Source: an uncultured Bacteroidia bacterium
GTDB lineage: Bacteria > Bacteroidota > Bacteroidia > NS11-12g > UBA955
Assembly (NCBI GenBank): GCA_943788195.1
Contig: CALSPH010000002.1
Coordinates: 526,004-590,003, forward strand
Length of the DNA stretch: 64,000 bases
Direction of reading: 5' to 3'
The translations under genes were made by a program, and so were the position numbers. The notes under the pieces were generated by a model. The model was not told the DNA's origin and made no database searches. It saw nothing but the letters and a program-made list of their open reading frames with translations. This document shows positions 29,154 to 38,802 of this stretch, piece after piece. Positions within the stretch are counted from its first letter, which is position 1. Every line of letters starts with the position of its first letter.

Positions 29154-30668
29154 CTACGGGAACAACCTTCCGTACATTCTTGGGAAAGGTATTGTTTCTC
29201 TTACGTGCGGCAACTTACATACATAAGCCACTAGTCGCTCAAGCCCTAATCCAAAACCACTGTGTGGAACAGTACCGTATCTTCTTAAATCCAGATACCA
29301 TTCAAACTCTTTCATGGGCAATTCATGCTCAATGATTTTGGCTTTTACCTTCTCGACATCCGTTTCTCTTTCTCCTCCACCGACAATTTCTCCATATCCT
29401 TCAGGAGCCAATACATCCACGCCTCTTGCAAAACGTTCATCCTCCGGATTACGTTTCAGGTAGAACGCTTTCACCTCATGCGGCCAATCATACACCATAA
29501 TAGGTGTATCAAACATGCGTGTCAGAACAGTTTCATCACTCCCTCCAAAGTCCTCACCATAGGTAAAGTTGGTTGCTGAAGCAATCCATTCAGGAATATT
29601 ACGTAAATCTTCTTCTACATCTTTTAAACTGTTTTTCAATTGAGCCACCTTATTCATATTAAAATTACGCTCGCCTTTCTTAATTCCTTGCTGATTAATT
29701 TTAGCTTCACGTTCTTCAATTTCAGCAAGAATGGCTGCTTTCTCTTCTTCTTTGGATTTCAAATCTCCATTTAAGGTATCAATGGTATTTACCCCATTCA
29801 CTTTCTGTTTGCCTGTGATAATCTCTACGGCCTCATCATAGGTCAATCGTTGGAAAGGTGCGATGGATTTTTCTAACATCGTTAAATCTCTCCCTACAAT
29901 TCCCAATTCAACTTCACATTCATCGATCACTTTCTGAATTACTTCATTCAAGAAAGATTCAATCAAATCCATGTTTTGAAATATATCATAAAAAGCCATT
30001 TCAGGCTCAATCATCCAGAACTCAGAAAGGTGTCTTCGGGTTTTACTCTTTTCTGCTCTGAAAGTAGGGCCAAATGTATAAATCTTACCCATGGCCATAG
30101 CCATAGCCTCACCGTATAACTGACCACTTTGGCTCAAATAAGCCGGCTGCCCATAATAATCGGTTTCAAATAAGTTTGTGGTGCCCTCGCATGCGTTTCC
30201 CGTAAATATTGGGGCATCCATTTGAATAAACCCTTCTTTTTGAAAAAACTGATGAATTCCAAAAATAATGGTATTCCGAATTCGCATAATGGCCCATTGG
30301 CGCTGACTACGGAGCCATAAGTGGCGTTGATCCATCAAAAAATCGACCCCATGTTCTTTTTTGGCAATTGGATATTCTTCTGCAACTTGAATTATTTTTA
30401 AATCCGTTGCATGAATTTCATAACCACCTACTTGGCGTTCATCTTTAACAACCTTTCCTAAAATAGATAGACTTGACTCCAAGGTCAATGTTTTAGCATC
30501 GTTAAACACCTTTTCACCCACATTATTGACATCAATAATACATTGACATTGCCCAGATCCATCCCGCAGGATTACAAAGGCAACCGTCTTACTTTCACGC
30601 TTATTCGCAACCCAGCCTTTTAATTCTATTACTTCTCCAACTTTTGATGCTAAATCTTTAACTTTCAT
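29154..30668 (-). CDS. asnS: Asparagine--tRNA ligase
   Basis: Class IIb aaRS with an N-terminal OB fold. Motif 2 is FRAEKSKTRRHLSEFWMIEPE and motif 3 is GFGLGLERLV. Contains an ~80-aa charged insertion (see findings). Confidence 0.93.
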   Translation of the reverse strand: MKVKDLASKVGEVIELKGWVANKRESKTVAFVILRDGSGQCQCIIDVNNVGEKVFNDAKTLTLESSLSILGKVVKDERQVGGYEIHATDLKIIQVAEEYPIAKKEHGVDFLMDQRHLWLRSQRQWAIMRIRNTIIFGIHQFFQKEGFIQMDAPIFTGNACEGTTNLFETDYYGQPAYLSQSGQLYGEAMAMAMGKIYTFGPTFRAEKSKTRRHLSEFWMIEPEMAFYDIFQNMDLIESFLNEVIQKVIDECEVELGIVGRDLTMLEKSIAPFQRLTYDEAVEIITGKQKVNGVNTIDTLNGDLKSKEEEKAAILAEIEEREAKINQQGIKKGERNFNMNKVAQLKNSLKDVEEDLRNIPEWIASATNFTYGEDFGGSDETVLTRMFDTPIMVYDWPHEVKAFYLKRNPEDERFARGVDVLAPEGYGEIVGGGERETDVEKVKAKIIEHELPMKEFEWYLDLRRYGTVPHSGFGLGLERLVAYVCKLPHVRETIPFPRMYGRLFP

Positions 30669-30673
30669 TTCGT

Positions 30674-30681
30674 AAATTTGT
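30674..30681 (+). promoter_or_regulatory. -7 promoter box TAAATTTG upstream of rpoN
   Basis: Exact TAnnTTTG match within the 40-bp asnS-rpoN divergent spacer, 27 nt upstream of ATG 30709. Confidence 0.4.
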
Positions 30682-30708
30682 ACTGCAAATAACGTAATTT
30701 TTGCCTAC

Positions 30709-32157
30709 ATGCTAAAACAGAATCTAAGTACCAAACTATTACAGAAATTGTCTCCTCAACAGATTCAATTTATTAAGCTGTTGCAAATGACTACGCTGGA
30801 TTTTGAGCAAAAAGTAGAACAAGAACTCTTAGACAATCCAGGTTTAGAAAATTCTGAAGATGATGATTACCCTGAGCAATTGGAAGAAAAGGAGAAAATT
30901 GACGAGGTTGAGAACTACGATAACGTCGACATTGCAGATTACATTAACAATGATGATGGTGGGGACCGTTCTGCATTTCATTTAAATGAAGATTATTCTG
31001 GAGACGATGATAAGGAAATGCCCATTTCTGAAAGTGTTAGTTTCTATGAACACCTAAGTAAGCAAGCAAGAGCAAGCACCTTAAATGAACGTCAAACTGA
31101 ACTAGCTCTTTATCTTATTGGTCAATTAGAAGAAGACGGCTATTTAAGAAGGGAATTGGCTGCCATTGTGAATGACCTTGCTTTTAAAGAAAATATTACA
31201 ACCACTGAAGATGAGCTTGAAAAAGTACTCATCAAATTACAAAATTTTGAACCCGTTGGTGTAGCCGCAAGGAGCCTTCAAGAATGCCTGTTAATACAAC
31301 TTTACAAAAAGGATACAGGTGATAGCCAATCCATAGATAATGCATTGATTATAATCAATGATTACATGGAAGCATTTAGTAAAAAGCATTATCAAAAAAT
31401 CCTAAATGGACTAAAAATTACAGAGGAAGGTCTAAAAGATGCAATCAAAGAAATTGTTCGATTAAATCCAAGACCCGGACAAGTTACCATTACCCAAATT
31501 AAAAGTGATTACATTGTTCCAGATTTCACTGTAAAAGATGAAGAAGGTGAGATGATTGTAACCTTAAATTCACGAAATGCTCCCGAACTCAAACTATCCA
31601 GATCATATAAAGAAACCCTTCAGGCGTATGATTCTGGAGACAAGAAAGACAAAAGCTTAAAAGATGCGGCACAGTATATAAAGCAAAAATTGGATGGAGC
31701 TAAGTGGTTCATAGATTCAGTGAAACAGCGACAGAACACCCTTCTAAATACGATGGAAGCCATTGTAAAAAGACAAAAAGAATTCTTTATTACTGGAGAC
31801 GACATCAGTCTAAGACCTATGATCCTAAAGGATATCGCAGAAGACATTGATATGGACATTTCTACCATATCTAGGGTTGCCAATAGCAAATATGTTCAAA
31901 CGGATTTTGGTATTATTCCTTTGAAATTCTTCTTTTCTGAGGCCATTACGAATAGTAAAGGAGAGGAAGTGAGTAACCGAGAGGTTAAGAAAATATTACA
32001 ACAAGCAGTGGATGGTGAAGACAAAAGAAAACCTTTGCCCGACCAAGCCTTAATGAATTTGCTCAAAGAAAAAGGGTATTCAATTGCACGTAGAACGGTT
32101 GCAAAATACCGAGAACAATTGGATATTCCTGTTGCTAGATTGCGAAAAGAGCTATAA
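30709..32157 (+). CDS. rpoN: RNA polymerase sigma-54 factor
   Basis: Acidic region II, a core-binding region, and the C-terminal RpoN box ARRTVAKYREQL. Confidence 0.95.
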   Translation: MLKQNLSTKLLQKLSPQQIQFIKLLQMTTLDFEQKVEQELLDNPGLENSEDDDYPEQLEEKEKIDEVENYDNVDIADYINNDDGGDRSAFHLNEDYSGDDDKEMPISESVSFYEHLSKQARASTLNERQTELALYLIGQLEEDGYLRRELAAIVNDLAFKENITTTEDELEKVLIKLQNFEPVGVAARSLQECLLIQLYKKDTGDSQSIDNALIIINDYMEAFSKKHYQKILNGLKITEEGLKDAIKEIVRLNPRPGQVTITQIKSDYIVPDFTVKDEEGEMIVTLNSRNAPELKLSRSYKETLQAYDSGDKKDKSLKDAAQYIKQKLDGAKWFIDSVKQRQNTLLNTMEAIVKRQKEFFITGDDISLRPMILKDIAEDIDMDISTISRVANSKYVQTDFGIIPLKFFFSEAITNSKGEEVSNREVKKILQQAVDGEDKRKPLPDQALMNLLKEKGYSIARRTVAKYREQLDIPVARLRKEL

Positions 32158-32200
32158 ACTTTTCTATCCCAATTAATTAAGGTCTCTAAAATGAACTCAA

Positions 32201-34177
32201 TTAGTAATAAAAATCCCACAGCAAGCCTAATCTAAAGGCCATGGGTTGGATGGGATATACTTCCGTTGAATAACTTCGCACTACATCCCGTTGCACATAT
32301 ACAGAGTTGAGTATATTTTCCATTTTCAAAAAGAACGTTAGCGATTTTACATCACCACTCACGTAGGCATCCAACAATGGATAACCACCCAGAGTATTAT
32401 TATTTGCAAAATAAAACTGGCGCAACATGGGCAGATAGCCTGATGCTTTATAGGTGGCATTGTAATGCAGATCTAACCCCGTTTTTAAATGAATTGCAGA
32501 ATCGGCATGATAGTTTTGATAAAATAAGTCTGTTTTTATGGCCCATAGCGGCAAATCCATAACCGTGCTATTCAACGTCTGCAAAAATCCATTCACATCC
32601 AAATTCATATGTTTCCATTGAATCCTTTTTTGTAATTGCAATTGAACATGTTGAATGGCTGTATTGGACCGAACGGGTTTTGCCTCTTGGTCGTAATAAA
32701 CATAGTTATTCAAATTGTGCACTTTCCCAATAAGTCTAATGGGTCTTTTCACGTTGCTTTGATTTAACTCAACAATAATTTGATTGGACAATACCTTTTG
32801 TAAACCGGATTTCAAATACGTGAAGTTTGGATTTACAAAGTAACGATTCACCGGAGCGGGTTCATACAGTTGACTTACTAAACCTCCCCTTAATTCTGCC
32901 CATGGAGTATAAATAGCACCTACCGCTTCCACTCGATAATCTCCTTGATTATACCCACTTAAATAAAAATTGCCATTGGCTGAAAAGCCTACTCGATTAG
33001 CCAGTAAGGTTTGGATTCGCCCTCCTACATATGTATTCAGTATATCCTGATTAATACTTGCATTCTGAGTGTAAGACCCTTGTTCTAATCCTAAATGTGT
33101 TTCAAATCCAAGTCCATTTTGAGCTAATTTATACTTTTCAAAACCAAACTCATTTCGCAATAAACGAAAAACCTGACTATCTCGGTTACTGATGCTACCG
33201 CTTGGATATAACGCTCGAAAGAATGTGGAATCCTCGCCCCCCTGATTATAAAGCCGGGTTTCCTTCTCATACCCCAATTGATAAAACAAGCCAAAAACAG
33301 GTTGAACTTTTGATATACTGTCTAAGGTATCCATATACTTGGTTCCTAAATGGTACTGAAATCGGAAGGTATGATTGGTGAACTTTACGGTATCCACACC
33401 TTCAGCTAAACCGGTTATTAAAGAATTCCTATCCACTCCTGGACTTATTAGGTTGTAAGCATCTGAGTAAGCATAGTTGGATGTATCCTTATTTAAGGCA
33501 ATTGGAACTGAATCCCGAGAGCTCAATCCACCATTGACATAACCTGACCGCCTTGTCCAATTGAGACTGGTTAAAATCCGAAATCGATTATTGGGCCAAG
33601 TAAAATGCGATGTAACAAATGGAGCTCTATGCACTTGCAATCTTCTTAGACCATAGCCCTTATTGGTAAAGCTTTGAATTCCTGCAGCGACATTCCATGT
33701 GGGTATAATATTTTGGGTATGCAATGCATCAAATTGGATATACTGCTGTCCTCCTTGCGCATAGCGAAACGAGGTAAATGGCATACTGGCATTATAATAT
33801 TTCCGGGATTTAAAATCATTTAAATATGGATTGAGCGCATAATTCCCTGAAACAAAACCTGCCTTTGGGGTGTGTAACTCTCCTATATTAAAAATGGGTG
33901 AAAAATGAGTCCCTAAGTCTTGATACGCCAATAGATTTCTTCGACTTTGAATTTGCCGTTGAGCTTGCATCAGTTTTGGCTCCATTTCTACAAATGAATC
34001 TTGAAGGGAAACCAATTTGCTATACGATGAGTGTGTAGGCCTAAATCGCTCTAAGGCGAGTAAAGAATCCAATTCTTGTGCTGATAGATTAACCCACCCA
34101 CAAAGTATAAATAGAAGAATAATTAACCTTCTTGGCATAAACGACAAAACTAATCCGCCTTTTCCAATAAATTGCAA
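32201..34177 (-). CDS. Large outer-membrane beta-barrel protein (putative porin family)
   Basis: 658 aa. Signal peptide from the internal Met (MPRRLIILLFILCGWVNLSAQ; alternative start 34138). Alternating amphipathic, aromatic-rich strands throughout, with an aromatic C-terminus (LLWDFYY). Starts 26 nt downstream of the adhesin gene. Confidence 0.7.
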   Translation of the reverse strand: MQFIGKGGLVLSFMPRRLIILLFILCGWVNLSAQELDSLLALERFRPTHSSYSKLVSLQDSFVEMEPKLMQAQRQIQSRRNLLAYQDLGTHFSPIFNIGELHTPKAGFVSGNYALNPYLNDFKSRKYYNASMPFTSFRYAQGGQQYIQFDALHTQNIIPTWNVAAGIQSFTNKGYGLRRLQVHRAPFVTSHFTWPNNRFRILTSLNWTRRSGYVNGGLSSRDSVPIALNKDTSNYAYSDAYNLISPGVDRNSLITGLAEGVDTVKFTNHTFRFQYHLGTKYMDTLDSISKVQPVFGLFYQLGYEKETRLYNQGGEDSTFFRALYPSGSISNRDSQVFRLLRNEFGFEKYKLAQNGLGFETHLGLEQGSYTQNASINQDILNTYVGGRIQTLLANRVGFSANGNFYLSGYNQGDYRVEAVGAIYTPWAELRGGLVSQLYEPAPVNRYFVNPNFTYLKSGLQKVLSNQIIVELNQSNVKRPIRLIGKVHNLNNYVYYDQEAKPVRSNTAIQHVQLQLQKRIQWKHMNLDVNGFLQTLNSTVMDLPLWAIKTDLFYQNYHADSAIHLKTGLDLHYNATYKASGYLPMLRQFYFANNNTLGGYPLLDAYVSGDVKSLTFFLKMENILNSVYVQRDVVRSYSTEVYPIQPMAFRLGLLWDFYY

Positions 34178-34202
34178 TAATCAGACCAATGTATTTTCCG
34201 GT

Positions 34203-37200
34203 TTACTCAAGGAGAAGTACTTGTCCTTCGGTCTTAAAACGTGTCTCATTTTGGTAAACCAAATTCACCATGTACATATAGTTTCCTTGCATAACCCGTT
34301 CTCCTCGATAGGTGCCATCCCATTTCATTGTTGGGTCTTTGGTTTCAAAGAGTTTCTCGCCCCAACGGTTAAAAATTGCGAAATAGTATTCTTTAACAGG
34401 TGCCAATGCCTCTGGGCCAAATAATTCATTTCTATTATCGCCATTTGGTGAAAATGTGTTGGGTATAAATATCCGTGAAGGCGATTCTACTAAAATCAAT
34501 TGAGAAGTACTGTCTCTGCATCCTTCCCCATTCTCAACCATTAATGAAACCAGTTGTTGGCCCACACGATCAAAGTTATGAATGAATTTTGTCTCTGAAG
34601 AGGTAGTTTGATCCAAGCTCCAAAAATGCGTTAATGCCCCCAGGCTACTATCTCTAAACTCATACGGAATGGCCCCGCTGGTTGGAGTTAAAGCGGAAAA
34701 ACTAAAACGAGCCAAAGGCACATCAAACACCCGCACAACTTTTGCTACAGATGTATCTGCACACCCATTGGGTGTATTCACGATAACTTGTACCCTGTAA
34801 TCTATATCCTTGCCGGAATAGCTATGCTTGACAGGATTTGTGGTACTTGTGTTCCCATCTCCCAAATCCCATATGAATTGTAGGTTGGGTATTCCCGAAG
34901 GATTAACCATTGCATTAAAGGTAATCTCTTCTTCAGGACAGATTGAGTCCGCCACAAAATCAACCACTGGCTGTTCAAAGACTTCCACTGGATATTGAGC
35001 GGTGTCTTTACAGTTATTCTGATCGATGGTAACTAATTGTACGGTGTCTTTAATTGATTCAGTATAGCTATAGTTATAGGTATTACTGCCTGAAGTATTC
35101 ACGCCATTTACCATCCAATTGTATTGATAGGCAGGTAAACCAAGGTTTGTACTTGCGCTAAATGCATACGAATTATTGAGCAAGCATTGTTGATCAGCCA
35201 AGGCATTGGTAATTAGGCTCACAGGTTTTGGTACCACTAGAATATTCATTAAGGCAGTATCACGACACAATTCACTATTTAAGGTGAATGCCATAATTAT
35301 ATTATTCCCCAGAGGAAAAGATTTGCGGACGGAATCAACTGTTTCGAGCCATCCATTATTCCAACTTAATGTGCTAATTGAAGGACCCGAAATATACGTA
35401 TTCCAAAGATCAATTTTGTTTTCGTTTTTACATAACAAGGTGTCTAAGGCCACAATTTTCGTGTTGGTTCTTGCACCAACCCTAACATTAATGGTAGACG
35501 TATCTGAGCATGCCGGACCATTGTACACAATAGATTGTGCTGTATAATCTCCTGGGTTCAAAAATTGCTTCGTTACACTGGAACCTATTGCTGAATCACC
35601 ATCTGAAAAAATCCACTTGAACAACCCACCTGAGAATTCCTGTTGTGCAGTATCTTCAAACTGAAATGAATTGCCTGTAACACACAATAAGGAGTCTTTC
35701 ACACTAGCCTTGGATTTTGGGTTGCGTAATATGGATACTGCACGCTCGAACGTATCTCTGCATTGAATCAAGGGATCTAATACCCTTAGCGAAATAACAT
35801 ATGTACCGGTATCCGCATAATTCTTTGTGAGCGGTGTTTTTAAAACGCTCGATGTTCCATCATCAAACCACCAATCAAAGCGCATGTTAGCAGGCCCTAC
35901 ACTGTTATTCACAAAATCAATGCTATTATCCTGCTGGCAATATTTGGCATTGGCTAAGTCAAATTGAGCGATTGGACTGGTATAGACATTCATGTTCTTA
36001 TAGGTGGTGTCTTCACAACCCTTTCCAGTACTAAAAATGTAAGTAAGCTTATAGTTACCCGCTAGCGCAAAACGCTTGGTTGGATTGGAGGTATCATTCG
36101 TTTCTGTACCATCGCCCCAAATCCATCTGTAATATTTATTAACCCCACCCTTCGGATCAGAATCATCTCTAAATGCAAAATAGTTTTTCCCTAAACACTC
36201 CGAGAAACTATCTACTGCTAACTTGGCAATTGGTGCTTCAAGCACGCGAATGTTTTTGCTAAACGTGTCTGTACATCCTGTTTTATTGTACCCTGCAACC
36301 AACTCAACTTCATACGCTCCAGTATCTGCATAGACCTTCGGTGGTGGATCCTTTAAAACGGTACCTGAACCATCTCCCCAATGCCATTCATAATTTATGG
36401 TAGCCGTATCGGTAGTTTGGTTTGAAAAGAAGAATTGATTTTTTGCCAAACAAACAAAACTATCCACTAATGCTGCCTTAGGAACTGGTGCAGGATAGAT
36501 CCGAACAAATTGTCGTTTCGCAGTATCCACACAACCCCCTTCACTTTCTGCCCATAACCTAACCCAATGCAAGCCAGTATCTTTAAATTCCTTGAATGGC
36601 ACCCCATTGATCACCTTTTCACCATCGCTATATTCCCAAACGAAATTTTTGAATTTTCCCAGTAAAATTGAACTGGTATTGTTTCCAACAATGGAGCCTC
36701 TATTTATGCAACTATCTTTAATTTGTAAGCCAAATCGAGCTACTGGAAAATCGTCCACGTTAATCCTTTTCTGCAGGCTATCTACACAACCCTTGTTGGT
36801 TATAATTTTGAGCATAACATCATAATTATTCGCCCTTGGAGACGATATGGTGTCATTCTGTTTATTGCTAAATGAAACAAAATCAGCAAACCATTCCCAT
36901 GACTTGATGGTGTCATTGCCCAATTTTGAGCTATCGTGCAATTCAAGCGGATAACCTGGGCAGAATTTATCCATATGGAATCCAAAACTGGTTTCTACCT
37001 TATCGTGCATTACCACATCTGCGGTATCTTTAATTATACAATTGGTAAATCGGTTTGTACCAATTACGCTGTATTGTCCTCCTGCTTTAATGGTTAATAA
37101 AGCGCCTGTATCTCCGGTATTCCATAAAAATGAATAGGCTTCTGAACCGGGTAGTTCAAAAGTGTAACTATCTCTGCAAATAATCGCATCTCTAAACGGG

Positions 37201-38747
37201 ATGAAATCACTCGCTGTGGTATCCAATACATGGGTTATTTGCTGGGTACTATCCCAGCCCAATTCTGGAGAATAACCTGCCAATTTTACGGTGTAATTTC
37301 CAGCCACCGGGAAGTAAACGGTTGGGTATTTAATGGTGTCTGAATCGGCAACTGCGTTGGCAGGAAATTCCCATTGATAGCGGGTAAGCGTATCCGGATT
37401 TGGGTAAAACTTTACCAACACACCCGTATCGCAATTGGGAATCACTTTACTTTCAAAAGATAACTGGAGATTTCGCAGCGAAGCACCTGCAAAATATGCA
37501 TAGCTTTCAAAGCCGCCCATGCCATATACATTTGCAATAAAACCATCATCGCATTGAACCGTGTGACTGCCTGGCGCTACTGTATCTGAATAAAAATAAA
37601 AATCCCCACAATACACTTGATTAAAGCTGGTTGAAGGTATTTTAACTCCATCTAAAAAAAATCGTTGAATACCCGGCTTTGGTAAAAGAACATTAATGAA
37701 GTGTTCTTTTATTATTGTTGTATTTGATGTGGAAATGATAGCATTAGTAAGCGTTTGTTCAAGCGGAACCACATAAAGATAGGCGGGATCTCCGGTTGAA
37801 AGGCTATTGCATCCAATCATCATTTGCATTACGATTGCTGGTTCCGATGTTGAGATGCACAAACTACTGTCTTGCGCCATTTTCTCAGTGTACTGTTCAC
37901 CAGCATCAAGCGTATCTACTGCAAATCCATTTCTGGTGACAATAGTTCCACTCTTTGTTCCCATCACATTAAAGTGATATCCATTACCTGCACCAAAGAA
38001 AGGGTTTAATACAAAATTTTTGCCATATACCGAACTAGGGGGCACCACCTCAAACAAGTGATCACAGGCACCGCAATCTACTGCTATACAATCATTCCCT
38101 TGATAGACACTCACCTTTTTACCGGGGCTTAGAACGCGAACATAAGACCCATCTAAGCCCGTTGCAGTATTATTTCTAACAATATACACATCCCCTTTAT
38201 GAAGCAATTTAGTATAAGGAACATTCGCTAATCTTCCAGAACTTGTTAATGAGGAAGGGGTTATTTCAACTAATATTGAGCTATCGTGCGGTACTATCGA
38301 AAATACATTCGGTCGTGCATTGGTTCCCCCCGTACTTACATGGGAACTAATAGTAAAGTCGGCAAGGTTCGGTTGAGCACTTTCTGGAATAACACATGTG
38401 GCATCTGTTGAAGCTGGACCTGCACTTAATGCATACACGATAATCTCTTTGTCTGAGCTTACATGAATTCCAAATTTATTGGCAGTATCTGTACTACTTG
38501 GCTCAAAGGAAGATGGAATATAAACTTTTCGTAGTTCGTTGGCGTTTAGTATAAGTGCTGATGAAAAGGTGCTGGCAGGCATATCAACGGTCACATTAGC
38601 CCCGTTTGGTGCTGCAACAATCACAAACATGGAGTCTCCAACAATATTATGAAAAAAGTTTACCCAAAACTCCGTACCTCGGGTGGTCTGGGATGTTCCC
38701 GACAAATAAAAAAGTACTGAAAGTATTAAAAGTAGGCTTTTTTTCAA
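34203..38747 (-). CDS. Giant cell-surface adhesin-like protein: N-terminal beta-rich domain, about 10-12 PKD-like repeats, T9SS type-B C-terminal sorting domain
   Basis: Signal peptide MKKSLLLILSVLFYLSGTSQ. Repeated W-x-F/W-G-D-G PKD signatures (YEWHWGDGSG, YRWIWGDGTE, FDWWFDDGTS, FIWDLGDGNT...). The C-terminus IPNTFSPNGDNRNELF...IFNRWGEKLF...WDGTYRG...GNYMYMV matches the gliding-motility-associated / type-B CTD. Confidence 0.9.
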   Translation of the reverse strand: MKKSLLLILSVLFYLSGTSQTTRGTEFWVNFFHNIVGDSMFVIVAAPNGANVTVDMPASTFSSALILNANELRKVYIPSSFEPSSTDTANKFGIHVSSDKEIIVYALSAGPASTDATCVIPESAQPNLADFTISSHVSTGGTNARPNVFSIVPHDSSILVEITPSSLTSSGRLANVPYTKLLHKGDVYIVRNNTATGLDGSYVRVLSPGKKVSVYQGNDCIAVDCGACDHLFEVVPPSSVYGKNFVLNPFFGAGNGYHFNVMGTKSGTIVTRNGFAVDTLDAGEQYTEKMAQDSSLCISTSEPAIVMQMMIGCNSLSTGDPAYLYVVPLEQTLTNAIISTSNTTIIKEHFINVLLPKPGIQRFFLDGVKIPSTSFNQVYCGDFYFYSDTVAPGSHTVQCDDGFIANVYGMGGFESYAYFAGASLRNLQLSFESKVIPNCDTGVLVKFYPNPDTLTRYQWEFPANAVADSDTIKYPTVYFPVAGNYTVKLAGYSPELGWDSTQQITHVLDTTASDFIPFRDAIICRDSYTFELPGSEAYSFLWNTGDTGALLTIKAGGQYSVIGTNRFTNCIIKDTADVVMHDKVETSFGFHMDKFCPGYPLELHDSSKLGNDTIKSWEWFADFVSFSNKQNDTISSPRANNYDVMLKIITNKGCVDSLQKRINVDDFPVARFGLQIKDSCINRGSIVGNNTSSILLGKFKNFVWEYSDGEKVINGVPFKEFKDTGLHWVRLWAESEGGCVDTAKRQFVRIYPAPVPKAALVDSFVCLAKNQFFFSNQTTDTATINYEWHWGDGSGTVLKDPPPKVYADTGAYEVELVAGYNKTGCTDTFSKNIRVLEAPIAKLAVDSFSECLGKNYFAFRDDSDPKGGVNKYYRWIWGDGTETNDTSNPTKRFALAGNYKLTYIFSTGKGCEDTTYKNMNVYTSPIAQFDLANAKYCQQDNSIDFVNNSVGPANMRFDWWFDDGTSSVLKTPLTKNYADTGTYVISLRVLDPLIQCRDTFERAVSILRNPKSKASVKDSLLCVTGNSFQFEDTAQQEFSGGLFKWIFSDGDSAIGSSVTKQFLNPGDYTAQSIVYNGPACSDTSTINVRVGARTNTKIVALDTLLCKNENKIDLWNTYISGPSISTLSWNNGWLETVDSVRKSFPLGNNIIMAFTLNSELCRDTALMNILVVPKPVSLITNALADQQCLLNNSYAFSASTNLGLPAYQYNWMVNGVNTSGSNTYNYSYTESIKDTVQLVTIDQNNCKDTAQYPVEVFEQPVVDFVADSICPEEEITFNAMVNPSGIPNLQFIWDLGDGNTSTTNPVKHSYSGKDIDYRVQVIVNTPNGCADTSVAKVVRVFDVPLARFSFSALTPTSGAIPYEFRDSSLGALTHFWSLDQTTSSETKFIHNFDRVGQQLVSLMVENGEGCRDSTSQLILVESPSRIFIPNTFSPNGDNRNELFGPEALAPVKEYYFAIFNRWGEKLFETKDPTMKWDGTYRGERVMQGNYMYMVNLVYQNETRFKTEGQVLLLE

Positions 38748-38802
38748 CTGCTAACGAATTTAGTATATTACTAAGACAATAAAAAGCCCAAATTCGTTGC
38801 AC

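Noticed and set aside
29063-29335. 90-aa plus-strand ORF spanning the spacer and the asnS 3' end.
   Set aside because: It overlaps the asnS coding region in antisense and the structured sRNA candidate. It has no start context and its composition is not protein-like.
34203-38747. PKD repeats of the adhesin as DNA-level tandem repeats, a phase-variation tract or a diversity-generating retroelement target.
   Set aside because: The repeats are divergent at the nucleotide level. There is no nearby reverse transcriptase or template repeat, and I saw no homopolymeric or invertible-promoter features.
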